The position numbers and the translations under genes were made by a program. Under the pieces are notes generated by a model, which saw nothing but the letters and a program-made list of their open reading frames with translations, was not told the DNA's origin and made no database searches. Of a DNA stretch of 64,000 nt, positions 1 through 10,714 are shown piece by piece; position 1 is the stretch's first letter; each line of letters begins with the position of its first letter. This stretch comes from Lama glama (taxonomy: Eukaryota), in NCBI GenBank assembly GCA_028534125.1, contig CM052817.1:17608001-17672000 (forward strand), given 5' to 3'.

Positions 1-254
1 ACCTGAAACGCCCACCTCTTTCCCATCCTGGGTCACCACGGACTCCAGCTCCACCTTAGGGACACCAGAGGTCCAACCCTGAAACCTCCCTCTGCGGGAC
101 CCGAGTGTCCTTTTCTCTCGCCGAACCATTTCCTTATGTGTCCACCAACCAACCTCATCGAATCATGAATGTAACCAGGGCAGTACTGACCTTCACATAC
201 CGTTTTCATGTCCATCTGGCCATCTGACCCTCACTGCACTCTTGGATATTGGTT

Positions 255-400
255 ATGTTTGCATCACTCATTTTATAGATGGAGACACTGGGACTCAGAA
301 TTCCAGAGACCCATTACTCTGTGCGGTTCATCTAGTAAGTGGCAGAGCTGGCTCTGGGCCCACATCTTTTGACTCTAGATCCTGTCCACTGTCCACTCCA
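255..400 (-). mobile_element. MIR SINE fragment
   Basis: Antisense MIR core 'cattttatagatggagacactgggactcaga...agtaagtggcagagctgg'. Confidence 0.7.
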
Positions 401-791
401 CCCCTTTGCCTTATCCTCTGCGTATAGTAAAGTTATAATGAAGGAGAGAGAACAGAGGACTTCTCCATCCTCCCCCTCCAGCAGGGGCTGCCAGCCTGGA
501 GTCACACAGAATCTTCTCAACCCTGAAGCTGAAAGAGCTTATACATGGGCCTTACTCTCATGAGTAAGGCATAGTGTGAGGTGCCCAGGAAGGTCCCCCT
601 TCAGCCTAGAACTTGACAGGGTGGCTGAAACCAGAATTCCACTATTAGAGTCCATTCCTTTTGTGTCTCAACGTCACAGGGCAGCAGAACTTTGGGATCA
701 GACACCTCAGGATTCCAAACTCATTTCCACTCCTTAGCTGGGTGGCCCTGGGCGAGGCTAGCCTTTCTGCAGTTCTCACCTACATGGTGGA

Positions 792-925
792 CAGGCCTTG
801 TTACATAATTTGCACAAGCCCAGTGAAAGTGAAACTATGGGGCCTCCTCATTCAGAAGTTAAGAATTTTGGAGATGGTGACATCAGGCATTAAGCCAAAG
901 GTGGGGCCCTTCTAAGCATGGGAGG
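792..925 (-). mobile_element. MER91-like hAT DNA transposon relic
   Basis: 'ttacataatttgcacaagcccagtgaaagtgaaa...aagaattttggagatggtgacatcaggcattaagccaaaggtggggcccttct' resembles the reverse complement of the recalled MER91A consensus. Confidence 0.65.
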
Positions 926-1699
926 TTCCATCCATGAAGTCAGTCCTGAGAACGGGGGGTTGTTCCATGGAAAGGGTGTTAGGAGAATTTGATGCTTAAT
1001 GGAATGTTCGATTCCTTTCCTGTCAGTCTCCAGTTCTTCAGCCAGAAGACCCATTTGGGGCGTTCCTGCACAGGCAGGTTCCCAGAACATTCCTAGTCCA
1101 TTCCGATTCCTGGGTGGGGCCCAGAAATTTGTGTTTTAACAAGGATCTCAAGAGAATCTGATGGAAATGACAGCCTCCCTTTAAGAATTTAGGCAGTGAG
1201 CTTTTTTAACTAGCAGTTAGTTCCCTGAATGTGATGGTTTTATAAACCCCAGTACGCAGCTGACCCAGTGGCCCTGGTCCCTTGGGTGTGCCCTGGAGGA
1301 AACAGCCACAGGTCTGTGAACTGAAAGAGCCAGCCACCAGGAGGGTTCATGTCCGGCATCCCTGGTCTGTGTTGGCATGAAGCATCCTCAGCTGAACAGA
1401 ACTCCCCCTGAGGAACAGCCACCCAAGCTCGGGATGGCCTGTGTCTGCCTTGTTCCTCACCGCGCTTCCACCTTGAGACCCTCAAGCAGTCCTGCTGCTT
1501 CTGGAATTCTATCCCCCTGGGGCTCTGTGGGTCCTGGAAGCACCTGCTCTCCCCTCAGTGCCCTCCGTGTGCCCCACAGGTAGACCAGGTTTATGTCTAA
1601 GTCCCCTTCAATTTCCAAAGGAAAACGGGGCTTCTTTCCTGACATGGGATAGAAAAGCATCTTGGAGTTTAGAAATCCTGATTGCCTCCTTGTGGTGCA

Positions 1700-1990
1700 A
1701 TTTGCATCCCTCATTTCATTTAAGCCTCACCACAACCCTCTGAGGAAGGATCTGCAACCCCATTTTACAGATGAGGAAGCTGAGGAGGACTTGCGGCCTT
1801 CCCTCATAGGAAGTGGTGGACTTTAAATACAACCACTCTGCAAGACAGACAACGCAAATGTTAGCAATCCTTATTTTACAGCTGAGGAAACTGAGGCCCC
1901 AGTGGGTTAGGCGGTTCCCCAAGCATGAATGCTACAAGCAGGAAAGCTGAGATTTGAATCCCAGCAGCCTGACCTCAGGCCCCAGGCTCT
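1700..1990 (-). mobile_element. Two adjacent MIR core fragments
   Basis: 'cccattttacagatgaggaagctgagg' and 'tattttacagctgaggaaactgaggccc...gatttgaatcccag'. Confidence 0.75.
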
Positions 1991-2039
1991 TCCCAGCTCA
2001 CTCTCTCTGTGCTTCTCCAGATTTTCTTCCCTCCATCCC

Positions 2040-2385
2040 CGTCTCAGCTGTTCAGGCCATTATAGCAGGACACCATAGACTGGGTAGCTTATCAACAACA
2101 GAAAGTTATTTCTCACCATCTGGAGGCTAAACGTCTGAGATCAAGGTGCCAGCAGGTATAGTATCCAGGAAAGGCCACTTTCTGGCTCACAGATGGACCC
2201 TTTTCCCTGTGTCCTCACAGGCAGAAAGGTCAAGGGCACTGTCTAGGGTCTCTTTTCTAAGGGCACTAATCCCATTGGTGAGGGCTCCACCCTCATGCCC
2301 TAGTCACTTCTCAAAAGTGTCCCCTCTAAACCATCACACTGGGAATGAGGTTTCAGAGTGTGAATCTGGGGAGGGGGACACTGAG
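2040..2385 (-). mobile_element. MLT1A/B-like MaLR solo LTR
   Basis: 'caccatagactgggtagcttatcaacaacagaaagttatttctcac...ctggaggct...gagatcaaggtgccagcag...ccatcacactggga'. Confidence 0.8.
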
Positions 2386-3099
2386 TTTCTAGCAGCCCTC
2401 TTTGGTAGAAACCAAAGAGGCTCTCTGCTGGGTACTTAAGGGAGGAGCTGAATTCAGCAGGAAGGAGGGAGCCTCCGCATAGTGAGGGCTCGTGGCATCC
2501 TGACCTCCGCGGCCCACACACAAAGGTTGCATCAGCCTCTGTTGGAGAAACGTCTCTGGCACATCCTGGGACCTGAAGAGGTGGGCCCCAGGTGTGATGG
2601 TTGTCTCTCTTCCAGGGCCACACCTGGCTGCTCTACTCAGGGAGGAAGGTCAGATGTGGACCTAACTTCACAATCCAGGAAGCTGGAAGGATCCCTTCTT
2701 TCCCAGGGTGCCATACCCAGGCCTCCTGCTCCTCCTCTCTCACCTCTCCCCCATGCCAACCAACCTCACCCACTGCCACCCAGGCTGCCCCACAAGTCCC
2801 TCCTTGAGGACTCCCACACCCCCAGCTGCCACTCCTGCTGCTGTGGTGAGGAAATTGGAGGACAGGTCCCCTGGAGTGACCCAGAAGCAAGGAGCTGCGG
2901 GGGAAATAACAGACCCAAATGGCGTAGATGTTGCATGAAAACAGCTTGCTGCTGGAGCCCCAGGGCGTGCCTCCACCCTGGACTGCCCTGGCAGCACCCT
3001 GCGGTAGTCAGGCCTGTCAAAAATTTAGATGACTTAGATGGAAAAGAGAAGTCAGTCATAATGGGCACTTAGAAATATCATAATCATCATCCTCATCAT

Positions 3100-3350
3100 C
3101 ATTGCTGATGTTTTTACCACGTATTTTGTGCCATGCACTACTCTGCACAGTAATCTATTCATTGAGCATTTAGCACGTCTAATTTCTTTACTTGTCTTAT
3201 TTCAATGACCCTAAGGGGCCAGGATTCTTGCTCACTCATTTTGTAGATGAGAAAGTTCAAGCTCAGAAACCTAAAGTCATTTGCTCAGAGTCACACAATC
3301 AGTAAGTGGTGGACCTCAAACTTAAATCCAAGTCCTCCTGGCCCTGAAAG
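3100..3350 (-). mobile_element. MIR SINE
   Basis: 'cattttgtagatgagaaagttcaagctcagaaacctaaagtcatttgctcagagtcacacaatcagtaagtggtgga'. Confidence 0.75.
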
Positions 3351-3425
3351 CCTATATTCTACTGTTTCTGTATCTAGCAGAGTCACTGCTAGAACTAGAC
3401 AATGCAGGTGGAACGTGGCTTAAGC

Positions 3426-4762
3426 CTACTGAAACTCTTAGCAGCAGTACAGCTTCCAAAAAAGTTGGCAGTGATTCATTATAGGGGTCACTGAAAGGGG
3501 GAAGCAGAGGTAATAAGGGGAAACAGCAAGGTGGACACAACTGCCAGCAGGGCAGCCCTAGAGCCAGTAACTTGGCAACTGCTCCTTATACCCCGAAGGC
3601 CAGATTCATCCAATTATTCCCCAGTCTACACAAAGGAAAAATTAGGCAAAACCCGAAAATGGGGCTTTAGTTGGGATTTGGGGAACCATGGGTGGCTAGT
3701 TAATGAACATGGACAACACCTGTTTCCCCAGACGGTAGTTTTGTCAAGCCATCAGGGAGGCCCATCAAGGAACTCACTATGGGAGGGAAGCCCTATATAA
3801 TTGGCTGGTTGAGATCATGGTAACCCCTGGCATGAAGAGCACAATCAATGGGGTAGATGAGACCCGCCCCATTTGCTCAATAAATAACCCCAAGACCAGA
3901 CTCCTCCAGAGGCCCCCAGATAAGACCCATCCAGACCAGAGGAACATATCCTGGAGAAGACTGACAGACTGATTTCATGTCATCATCCTCTTAGTACCAA
4001 GCAACTCCAGTATCTCTTGGTGCTGGTAAACACATTTCCTGGGTGGACGAAAGCATTCCCCACTAGAACTAAAAAGGAAGCTGAAGTGGCTAAAGCATTA
4101 CTAAAAGAAATAATCCCCAGGTTTGGGCTCCCAGGATCCCTACAAAGTGATAATGGTCCAGCATTTGCATCTCAAATGGTGAAGCAGATAACAAGTGCTC
4201 CAGGCATAAAATAGACCTTGCCCTATTCAGCCTCGGGGAGAGCAGAGAGATCCCATCAGACCTTGAAACTGGCCTTAGCCAAGCTATGTCAGGAAACTCA
4301 AGAAAATTGGGTTAAGTTGCCTCCCATTGCCCTGCTCTGCATGCCCTTAGTCCCAAGGGATAAGTTAAAGTTTAGTGCATTCGAATTCATGTATGGTAGA
4401 CATATTCCCCAAGCCTGAGAGAAGGGACACCTTAATGTCCCTGAAATGAAACAACTCAAGTGTGCCATCCAGGTAGGAGAACCTTGGAAGCTGTCAGGGA
4501 ATGTGGTAACCAGCTGCTATCCACACCCACTGACCTGGCCCTCCACCCCTTCCGGCGAGACCTACAAACAAACCTAGAAAACCAGCAGTTCGCAAGATCA
4601 GCCCATTAAGTGAAACGGACTCCATTTGGCGATCCTAACTACCCATTCTGCCTTGAAGTTGCAGGGGATCCCTCCGTGGGCACATCGCCCTCCAGTGAAG
4701 AGACCCCCGAGCCCCAGCCAGAGACAACGGATGCCCCTAACTACTTGTGTGAACCTCTCTCC
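3426..4762 (+). pseudogene. pol: ERV pol remnant (RNase H C-terminus and integrase), disrupted by stops and frameshifts
   Basis: Translates to LLAAVQLPKKLAVIHYRGH*KG..GNSKVD (RNase H), HQGTHYG (zinc finger), PGED*QTDF, LVLVNTFPGW..AFP, IIPRFGLPGSLQSDNGPAF, SGRAERSHQTLK, FEFMYGR and LTTHSALKLQGIPPWAH (GPY/F-like region). Confidence 0.93.
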
Positions 4763-5126
4763 CTAGATTGCCAGGGAGGCTCCGTGTGCTGGCCAATACT
4801 GCTTTTATGTCAGTGCAGGTAGCTTGGATGGAGAAAGTGCAGACAGATCACTGGAAGACACAACTTAGCAGACAGAAGTCAGCCAGCCTCATCTGGCCAA
4901 ACAAATGCAGAGCGAGGTAAAACAGGCCCTCCCCAGAGGCACTTGGCTTCTACTTTTCCTGGGCCCTTTCACAACCATTGTTCTCCTACTAATACTCGGG
5001 CTGTGTGTCTTAAATTGCCTGGTGTCCTTTGCCTCCAAAAGTTTAGAATCTATAAAACTTCCAATGGTGGTCACTCAGGGCAACGAACACTCAGGGAGAA
5101 GGCCTGGGACAGCCAAACAGATCTAA
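4763..5126 (+). pseudogene. env: ERV env transmembrane-subunit remnant (SU absent)
   Basis: LD..QGG and CFYV remnants of the ISD/CX6CC region, then WLLLFLGPFTTIVLLLILGLCVLNCLVSFASKSLESIKLPM, typical of a gamma-type TM anchor and tail. Confidence 0.85.
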
Positions 5127-5248
5127 AGGCAGCTGGAAAGAAGTTCTGCTTGTCTCCCTGGGGTTAACACAATGCCCATCTCAGCAGGAAGTAGTTACGG
5201 AAGACAGACCATCGCCCCTCAGAGCCCTTCAAGAATGAGGACCAGGAT

Positions 5249-5265
5249 GAAAGGCAGAGGAGGGA
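5249..5265 (+). other. Retroviral polypurine tract
   Basis: 'gaaaggcagaggaggga' ends 2 nt before the LTR-initial TGT. Confidence 0.85.
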
Positions 5266-5267
5266 TT

Positions 5268-5775
5268 TGTCACCAGCAAAGCCCACTGGGGTCCCTGGGA
5301 AAAATAAGATGAAATTTAGGTGATAAGATAAGGTCTAACTTCTCTTTTTGTGCTTAGTCTAGTTGCACTTGCCTGTAGAGGGCTGCGTGCAGAGGCCCTG
5401 CACGGAACACAGAGGGTTAGAGCTCCCAGCTCGGAACTGCTGCGGCCACTCAACGCCGCTGCTCGCGGGCCCTGTGCGGAAGCCCTGCGCATGCGCCTCC
5501 GTTCAAGATGGCGGGGGCAGGCCGTGCGCAGAGGCGCTGTGCCCAGCGGTTAGCTCCGCCCCCTCGCTGCAGCCTAGATCGCTGCAAAGCAGCCCCGCCC
5601 ACAGCCTGCCGGGGAGATGCGTGCTCTAGAGCTTGAGCTCACACCTCTCCATTCTTTGATCAAAGAATAAAACTTTCCTTCCACTTCTGAACTCAACTCA
5701 TTCTCCTTCTATTGGTGTGAGTGACACTGGGCAGGAGGACCCTTGTTGGGGCCCAAATCGAAAGGCTCAGTAACA
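5268..5775 (+). mobile_element. ERV1 3' LTR (508 bp)
   Basis: Starts TGTCAC after the PPT and ends GTAACA (imperfect terminal inverted repeat); AATAAA at 5666-5671. Confidence 0.85.
5386..5621. promoter_or_regulatory. CpG-island-like LTR promoter core (NRF1, YY1, Sp1/KLF motifs)
   Basis: About 23 CpG in ~240 bp; TGCGCATGCGC 5486-5496, CAAGATGGCGG 5504-5514, GC boxes 5554-5563 and 5593-5601. Confidence 0.6.
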
Positions 5776-6085
5776 AGAGCTAAAGAAGACATGGCATCTT
5801 CCCTCAGAGAGTGTGAGGTCTGACACTGCATAGCTGTCGTGACTAGCATGAAACAAGACCCTGAAACAGCCAGGGAACCATCCTGTGAAATCTACGGATA
5901 AAGCCCACACTGTGGAATGCAGAAGGAGAGAAATGGGGCCCTGGTGCCTTCGTTGCTGGAGCAAACCTTACCTAATGTCATCCCAACCACCAGACTTTTT
6001 AGTTATTCTTATGACTAAACAAATATCTTCCACTATTCAAGCCAGCTGGAGTTGGATTCTCTGTTATTTACAACAGAATGCTCTG
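5776..6085 (+). mobile_element. Old MLT1 (J/K-like) LTR, 3' part
   Basis: Ends 'ttcaagccagctggagttggattctctgttatttacaacagaatgc', like MLT1J-type termini. Confidence 0.6.
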
Positions 6086-7619
6086 CTGCATCAGTCCCCT
6101 TGCTGCTCCTCTCCTTCCTTGTCCATTGCTGGAGGCCTCTTTCTCACAGGGAAAAAAGGAGGGAAGAAAAGAGGAAAGGATTTCAAAGCCAAATCCATAG
6201 ATTTGACTTCTTGGTAGCTGCCCTGGAAAGAGGTCCAACAAGGGATACTTGGAGCTGTCAGCCAGAGTAAGTTCTCAGTTATTTGGAAATGTCAGTGGTC
6301 CATCCTCTCCCTTCTCCCACAGATAATCAAGAGTTGGCTGAGAGTGCTGATCCCCACCAAGCACAGCCAAGGAAATATCACTGCTCTGGAATCTTCAGTC
6401 TTTCCAGAGGTATAAACCATCATGTTCAGAATGAGTTCTAGGGCCAAGAGCAGAGGCCACCTCATGTTAGTGACCCATCTGGAACACCTCAGGCCACCTC
6501 ACAGACACTAGGAGAGCAGCGTGTAAGCACCTCTGCTTGCTCCTCTTCCTCTGTGCCCCAAAGGACAAGATGAGTTAAGGCCTGAAGGCCAATCTCACCA
6601 ACCGATGAAAGTCAATACAAGAACTCAAGTGCACAACACAGCCCTTCCTGGTAGCAGGATTTCAGACAAAGCATGAGGCTTAGTGGCACTCCTTGAAGTG
6701 CCAGGCAAGAAGCTGGAGACAACCAGGACCACCTGAAATTGCTCTGAACCCAAGACAGGAGAGAGAGGGTGAGCCTAGGGGACAATACAGTAATAGTCCA
6801 CAAGCCAGGACATCCAACTGGCTGGGCCAGCTCAGGAGCAAATCAGGCAAGTGCCAGCACCTGAATTTCCAAAAGAAGGGAACACATCACAGCAGCAGGG
6901 TGCTGGGGAGATGGTCACTACCCAAGGGGTGTGTCCACGAGGGGTAGAGCCCCAACCCCCAGTCCCCAACTCCAACACATACTAACTGGGCTCCTCAAAG
7001 AATCTCTTAGAGATTCAGTTTCCTCATCTTGAAAATGGGAGTAACAATAATTCCTCCCTTATGAGATTGTTTTGATAAGTAAATGTGTGTTAAATGCTTA
7101 GGACAGTGCCTGGCACACAGTTGAACTCAACACACGTCAGCCCCTTGGCTACTGGGCCTAAGGGGACTGGGATCCAGTGGGGAGGCTGAGAGGGGGAAGC
7201 GGCAGCAAGCAAAACAGAAGCCTAGTGCTTGCCCCTCTCTAATCGTCCAACACTTGCACTTACGGTGTGCCAGGCTCCGAGCTAGAGACACAGAGGGGCC
7301 CAGGAGCGCTTCCAATTTAAGAGCTGTGTAATCTTGGATATGTTCCCCAACCTCTCTGTGCCTTTAGCTCCCATCTTTTTAAAAAGTGGAGATAATGATA
7401 ACTTGAATTGGCTAATATGAGTGAAAGCACTTAAAACAGTACTTGGGATAGGCCACACAAGTATTTGCTGACACTGTGCCCATGGCCCTAATCCACATTC
7501 CTCCAGGCCCTGCAGCTCTCCCCAAGCCTCTGAGCTCCCAGCTCAGACACAGGGGCCTTTTTAATTGCCCAGTTACAGCTCAGACTATGGCACCAATCAC
7601 ACATTTACAGAGGGCTTCA

Positions 7620-8030
7620 TGTATCCATTTAGGATTCTTTCGGTTACAAGTAGCAGTAAACCTGCCCCAAACCAACATCAGCAAAAATGAGATTTTATGA
7701 GCACACATTACTGAAGAGTGCATGGCTTAGTTCAGATGCTCAAAGGGTGAGGTCAGGCTCTGGTGTCACTCTGTCGACTTGGCTCTACTTGGTGTGCTAA
7801 CTCTATTCCCAGACTGGGATCTCTACTCATGGTCACAAAATGGCTGCCAACAGCAGCAGGAGCTGCCCCCTCCCTGGCTCACAATTAGTGAGAAAAGAGT
7901 CAAGCTGCTTCCCTACAGGCTCAAATGAAAGCCCTCAATCCAATCTCTTTGCCTCTGACTGGCCTGACTTGGTCATATAGTAGTCCCCAGTGTTTTGATT
8001 AGCAAGGTCTGGGTTAGGGGCCACCCCTAG
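7620..8030 (-). mobile_element. Old MLT1 (J/K/L-like) LTR
   Basis: 'tgtatccatttaggattctttcggttacaagtagcagtaaacc...aaaatggctgccaacagc...ctctgactggcctgacttggtca'. Confidence 0.65.
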
Positions 8031-8763
8031 AGCCAGAAATAAGGCCATATAGACAAACTCCACATACTCCCCTCCACCAAAAAAAAAAAAAATTGCGATA
8101 TTTGAGAATTGCAGAGGAGGATTATAATGAAGGAAGGAAAATTTCTTCTTCCTTAACATCTCCCTCTAAGCAGTTCCTCGCCTCTTTCCATCCCCAAAAT
8201 GAGAGTCAAGGCAAGTTGCAGCTTGACAGAGAAGAATCCACACTTGGAAATAAGACCACCTTGAGCAAATCCTGGCTGCCTGGCTGGCTGCCTCTGTGAC
8301 CCGGGGCAACTGACTTTTCCCCTTTGGGCCTCAGCCTGCTCGTCTATAAAACAAGACCAGTAATCCTATGTACTTCACAGGGCTGTTGTGAGATTAAATG
8401 AAAGAATAAGGCCCGTCTGGCCCACAGTAAATCGTGAATTTGCACTGGAAGTTGTTCTTATTGAGCAGATGCTCCTACATGTCTGCTCCAGCTCACTCAG
8501 CACTGGGCTCTGGGCTAACAGCCTCCAGAGGAGAGAAGGGCGCAGGGACGGCCCTCTGTGACTGAGTGACTCCCTCCTGAGAGTGGGGTCAAGAGTGCAG
8601 GACCCAGGAAGGCCAGGCTGGAACACAGGCCCAGGGGTGGGAACCCAACAATGCCAAAGAATTCCTAGGGAGTGCTCCCTACCCCCAAGTTCAGAAGAAA
8701 ACCACAGCATCTCTTTTTGCCTTCACAGCCCTCTCTCCTGAGGGAGGCAGTGAAACACATGAT

Positions 8764-9110
8764 CCAAATAAGGCCCAGAGCTGTGCCGGAATTTGCATGC
8801 AGAGTGTTTATATAGATTTGAACCTTTCTGTTGACTCGCGGCTTAGACCTCCGAAGCCTTGTAGTTCATGAAAGTTTAATGTTCTGTTTCATGATGTTCC
8901 TTGCCATCGCTAAGTGGCTCTGTCAGCTCTTGGAAGAGAAACTTCCCCCTTCAGGGTCTATTTCCCCTGCCCTGAGCTGGAGAGCCCCGTTGCTAAGGGC
9001 ATCTGTTCTGTTTGCTTACGAGAAGTACAGATGTGAATAGTCACCAAGTTGCCTCTTTTGTTCTGCTCATCTGGCAGCCGGGGCAGCCGGCTGATGTAAC
9101 AGCTGCAGAA
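8764..9110. promoter_or_regulatory. Candidate enhancer (motif cluster in non-repetitive DNA)
   Basis: CArG CCAAATAAGG 8764-8773, octamer ATTTGCAT 8791-8798, RFX-like GTTGCTAAGGG ~8989, several CATCTG/CAGATG/CAGCTG E-boxes. Confidence 0.35.
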
Positions 9111-9694
9111 CACTGGGGCTCCCCGAAGGGGGAAAGAGAGCAAAGAAAAAACCCAAACGTAGCCCAGGAGAAGATGCCAGCACTCAGAGGCCTCCAAGAA
9201 TTGGACCTAATCTTAGGAAACTCACTCCACATCACTCCGACCTGCATGGAGGCTGCTGGGATGCAATTCAGCTCAGCCCACCTCCGTGGAGCCAGCGCAG
9301 GGCAGCTGTCAGGGGAAGATGGTGGCTCAGAAGGATCAATAAGATACAGTTTCTGCCCAGGACAGGAGTGGGAGGTTCCTGGCAGGGGAAGAGCTGGCTT
9401 TACTGTGAAATAGTCTAAATTGCCAAGTATTCATTTGTGTCCCATCCCCATCAGAGGAGAGGACCAGTGGGTTTACTAGCAGGTGCTCAGATCTTAACCT
9501 GTGCTAAGTTATTTGTTCAAGTCAAAAGTACAGACTTGTCTTGAGTAACCAATGGGTTTCCTACACTGTGAAAGCACAAAAGAAAGAATAGATGTTCAAG
9601 AAATATTTGTCTACTTGCTGACTCCCTCTGAAGTATACACCCAGATTAACTTTATAGAGCACAATAATGCCATAAAATAAGGAGAAAGCATAGA

Positions 9695-9990
9695 TGAATA
9701 TTTGTCCAAATCCAATCACACCTTATCAGCTCTGCTCGCTGCCTCATTTGTCCAAACCACCATTATCTCTCACCTGAGTTATGTCAGTTACTCCCTAACT
9801 GGTTCCCTCTGACAGCCCGTCCCTTTTTCAGTTTATTCTCAACACAGCAGCCAAGATAACCTGAGAACACTAAGTTATATCACGTCATTCTTGTGTTTGA
9901 AATCCTCCCATGGCTTCCCATCTCACAAAAGGCAAAAGCCAAAGCTTTCCCAGGGGATGACTTTCAGGGCCCTCAGTGACGTGTGCCCCC
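9695..9990 (+). mobile_element. L2 LINE fragment
   Basis: 'tccaaaccaccattatctctcacctg...ctccctaactgg...ttctcaacacagcagcca...tcccatggcttcccatctca'. Confidence 0.75.
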
Positions 9991-10714
9991 CACTTGTGGG
10001 GCCACCTTGAAAATGGCTCCCACAGCCCCTGCACCTCACATCACATGAAGTAGAGGTGCGTTCTTCCTTGTGGAGCCTCGAGACACTGCAGAATCACGAA
10101 TGAATAAACAACTGTGATTTTTGTGAGTTTACGGTGGTTTGTTACACAGCAATAGATAGCCATTAAGATTCCATAATTTTCTTACAAGTTCACTGCAAAA
10201 AAGATTCAAAAGCCGCTATTGCAGAAAAATATTTAATGAACAGATAAACGCTTCATTGTGCATTAAATTTCAAAACATTAAATTATATATAACACAAAAA
10301 GTATTTTTTGGTGTATAAGTTCTCTGTCAAGTTCTCATGTAGCTTGAATTTTTAGTAAATTCATTTCCATAGTAGGTATAAACAAGTTGCAAAATGCAAC
10401 GCAAGATTTTAACAGAATTGCCAGTGATTTGTTTGTTCTGCTTTCTTTATAGAGGGAAAGAGAGGAATAGGGAAAGAAAAGAAATTCTTTCATTTATTTC
10501 TAAACCCCCTACAGTCTAAAGCAGACATTGTCCTCGAAATCCCAGAAAGGAAATGCACAAAGAAATAGAAAAAGTTAATTCTTTGGCTGAGGTACCAGGA
10601 GCCCGGTTTCTGATGACTTAGGAAATTTGGATAATTTTTCAGCATTTTAAAATACATTTTGTTATATACTGTTGGCAGCAGTGGTGGTGGTGGTGGTGCC
10701 CTTGATCCAGCCCC

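Larger units (their letters stand above)
3426..5775 (+). mobile_element. Degraded class I (gammaretrovirus-like, ERV1) endogenous retrovirus, 5'-truncated: RNase H-integrase, env TM, PPT, 3' LTR
   Basis: Ordered pol remnant, env TM remnant, polypurine tract and TG...CA LTR; no 5' LTR, gag or RT seen upstream. Confidence 0.92.

Noticed and set aside
2482-3072. 196-aa ORF, the longest gap-free ORF
   Set aside because: GTG start, low-complexity Pro/Ser-rich translation, no recognisable domain; overlapping ORFs in several frames are typical of GC-rich non-coding DNA.
4017-5126. Functional integrase or syncytin-like env gene
   Set aside because: In-frame stops, frameshifts, a mutated zinc finger, and absence of SU and signal peptide.
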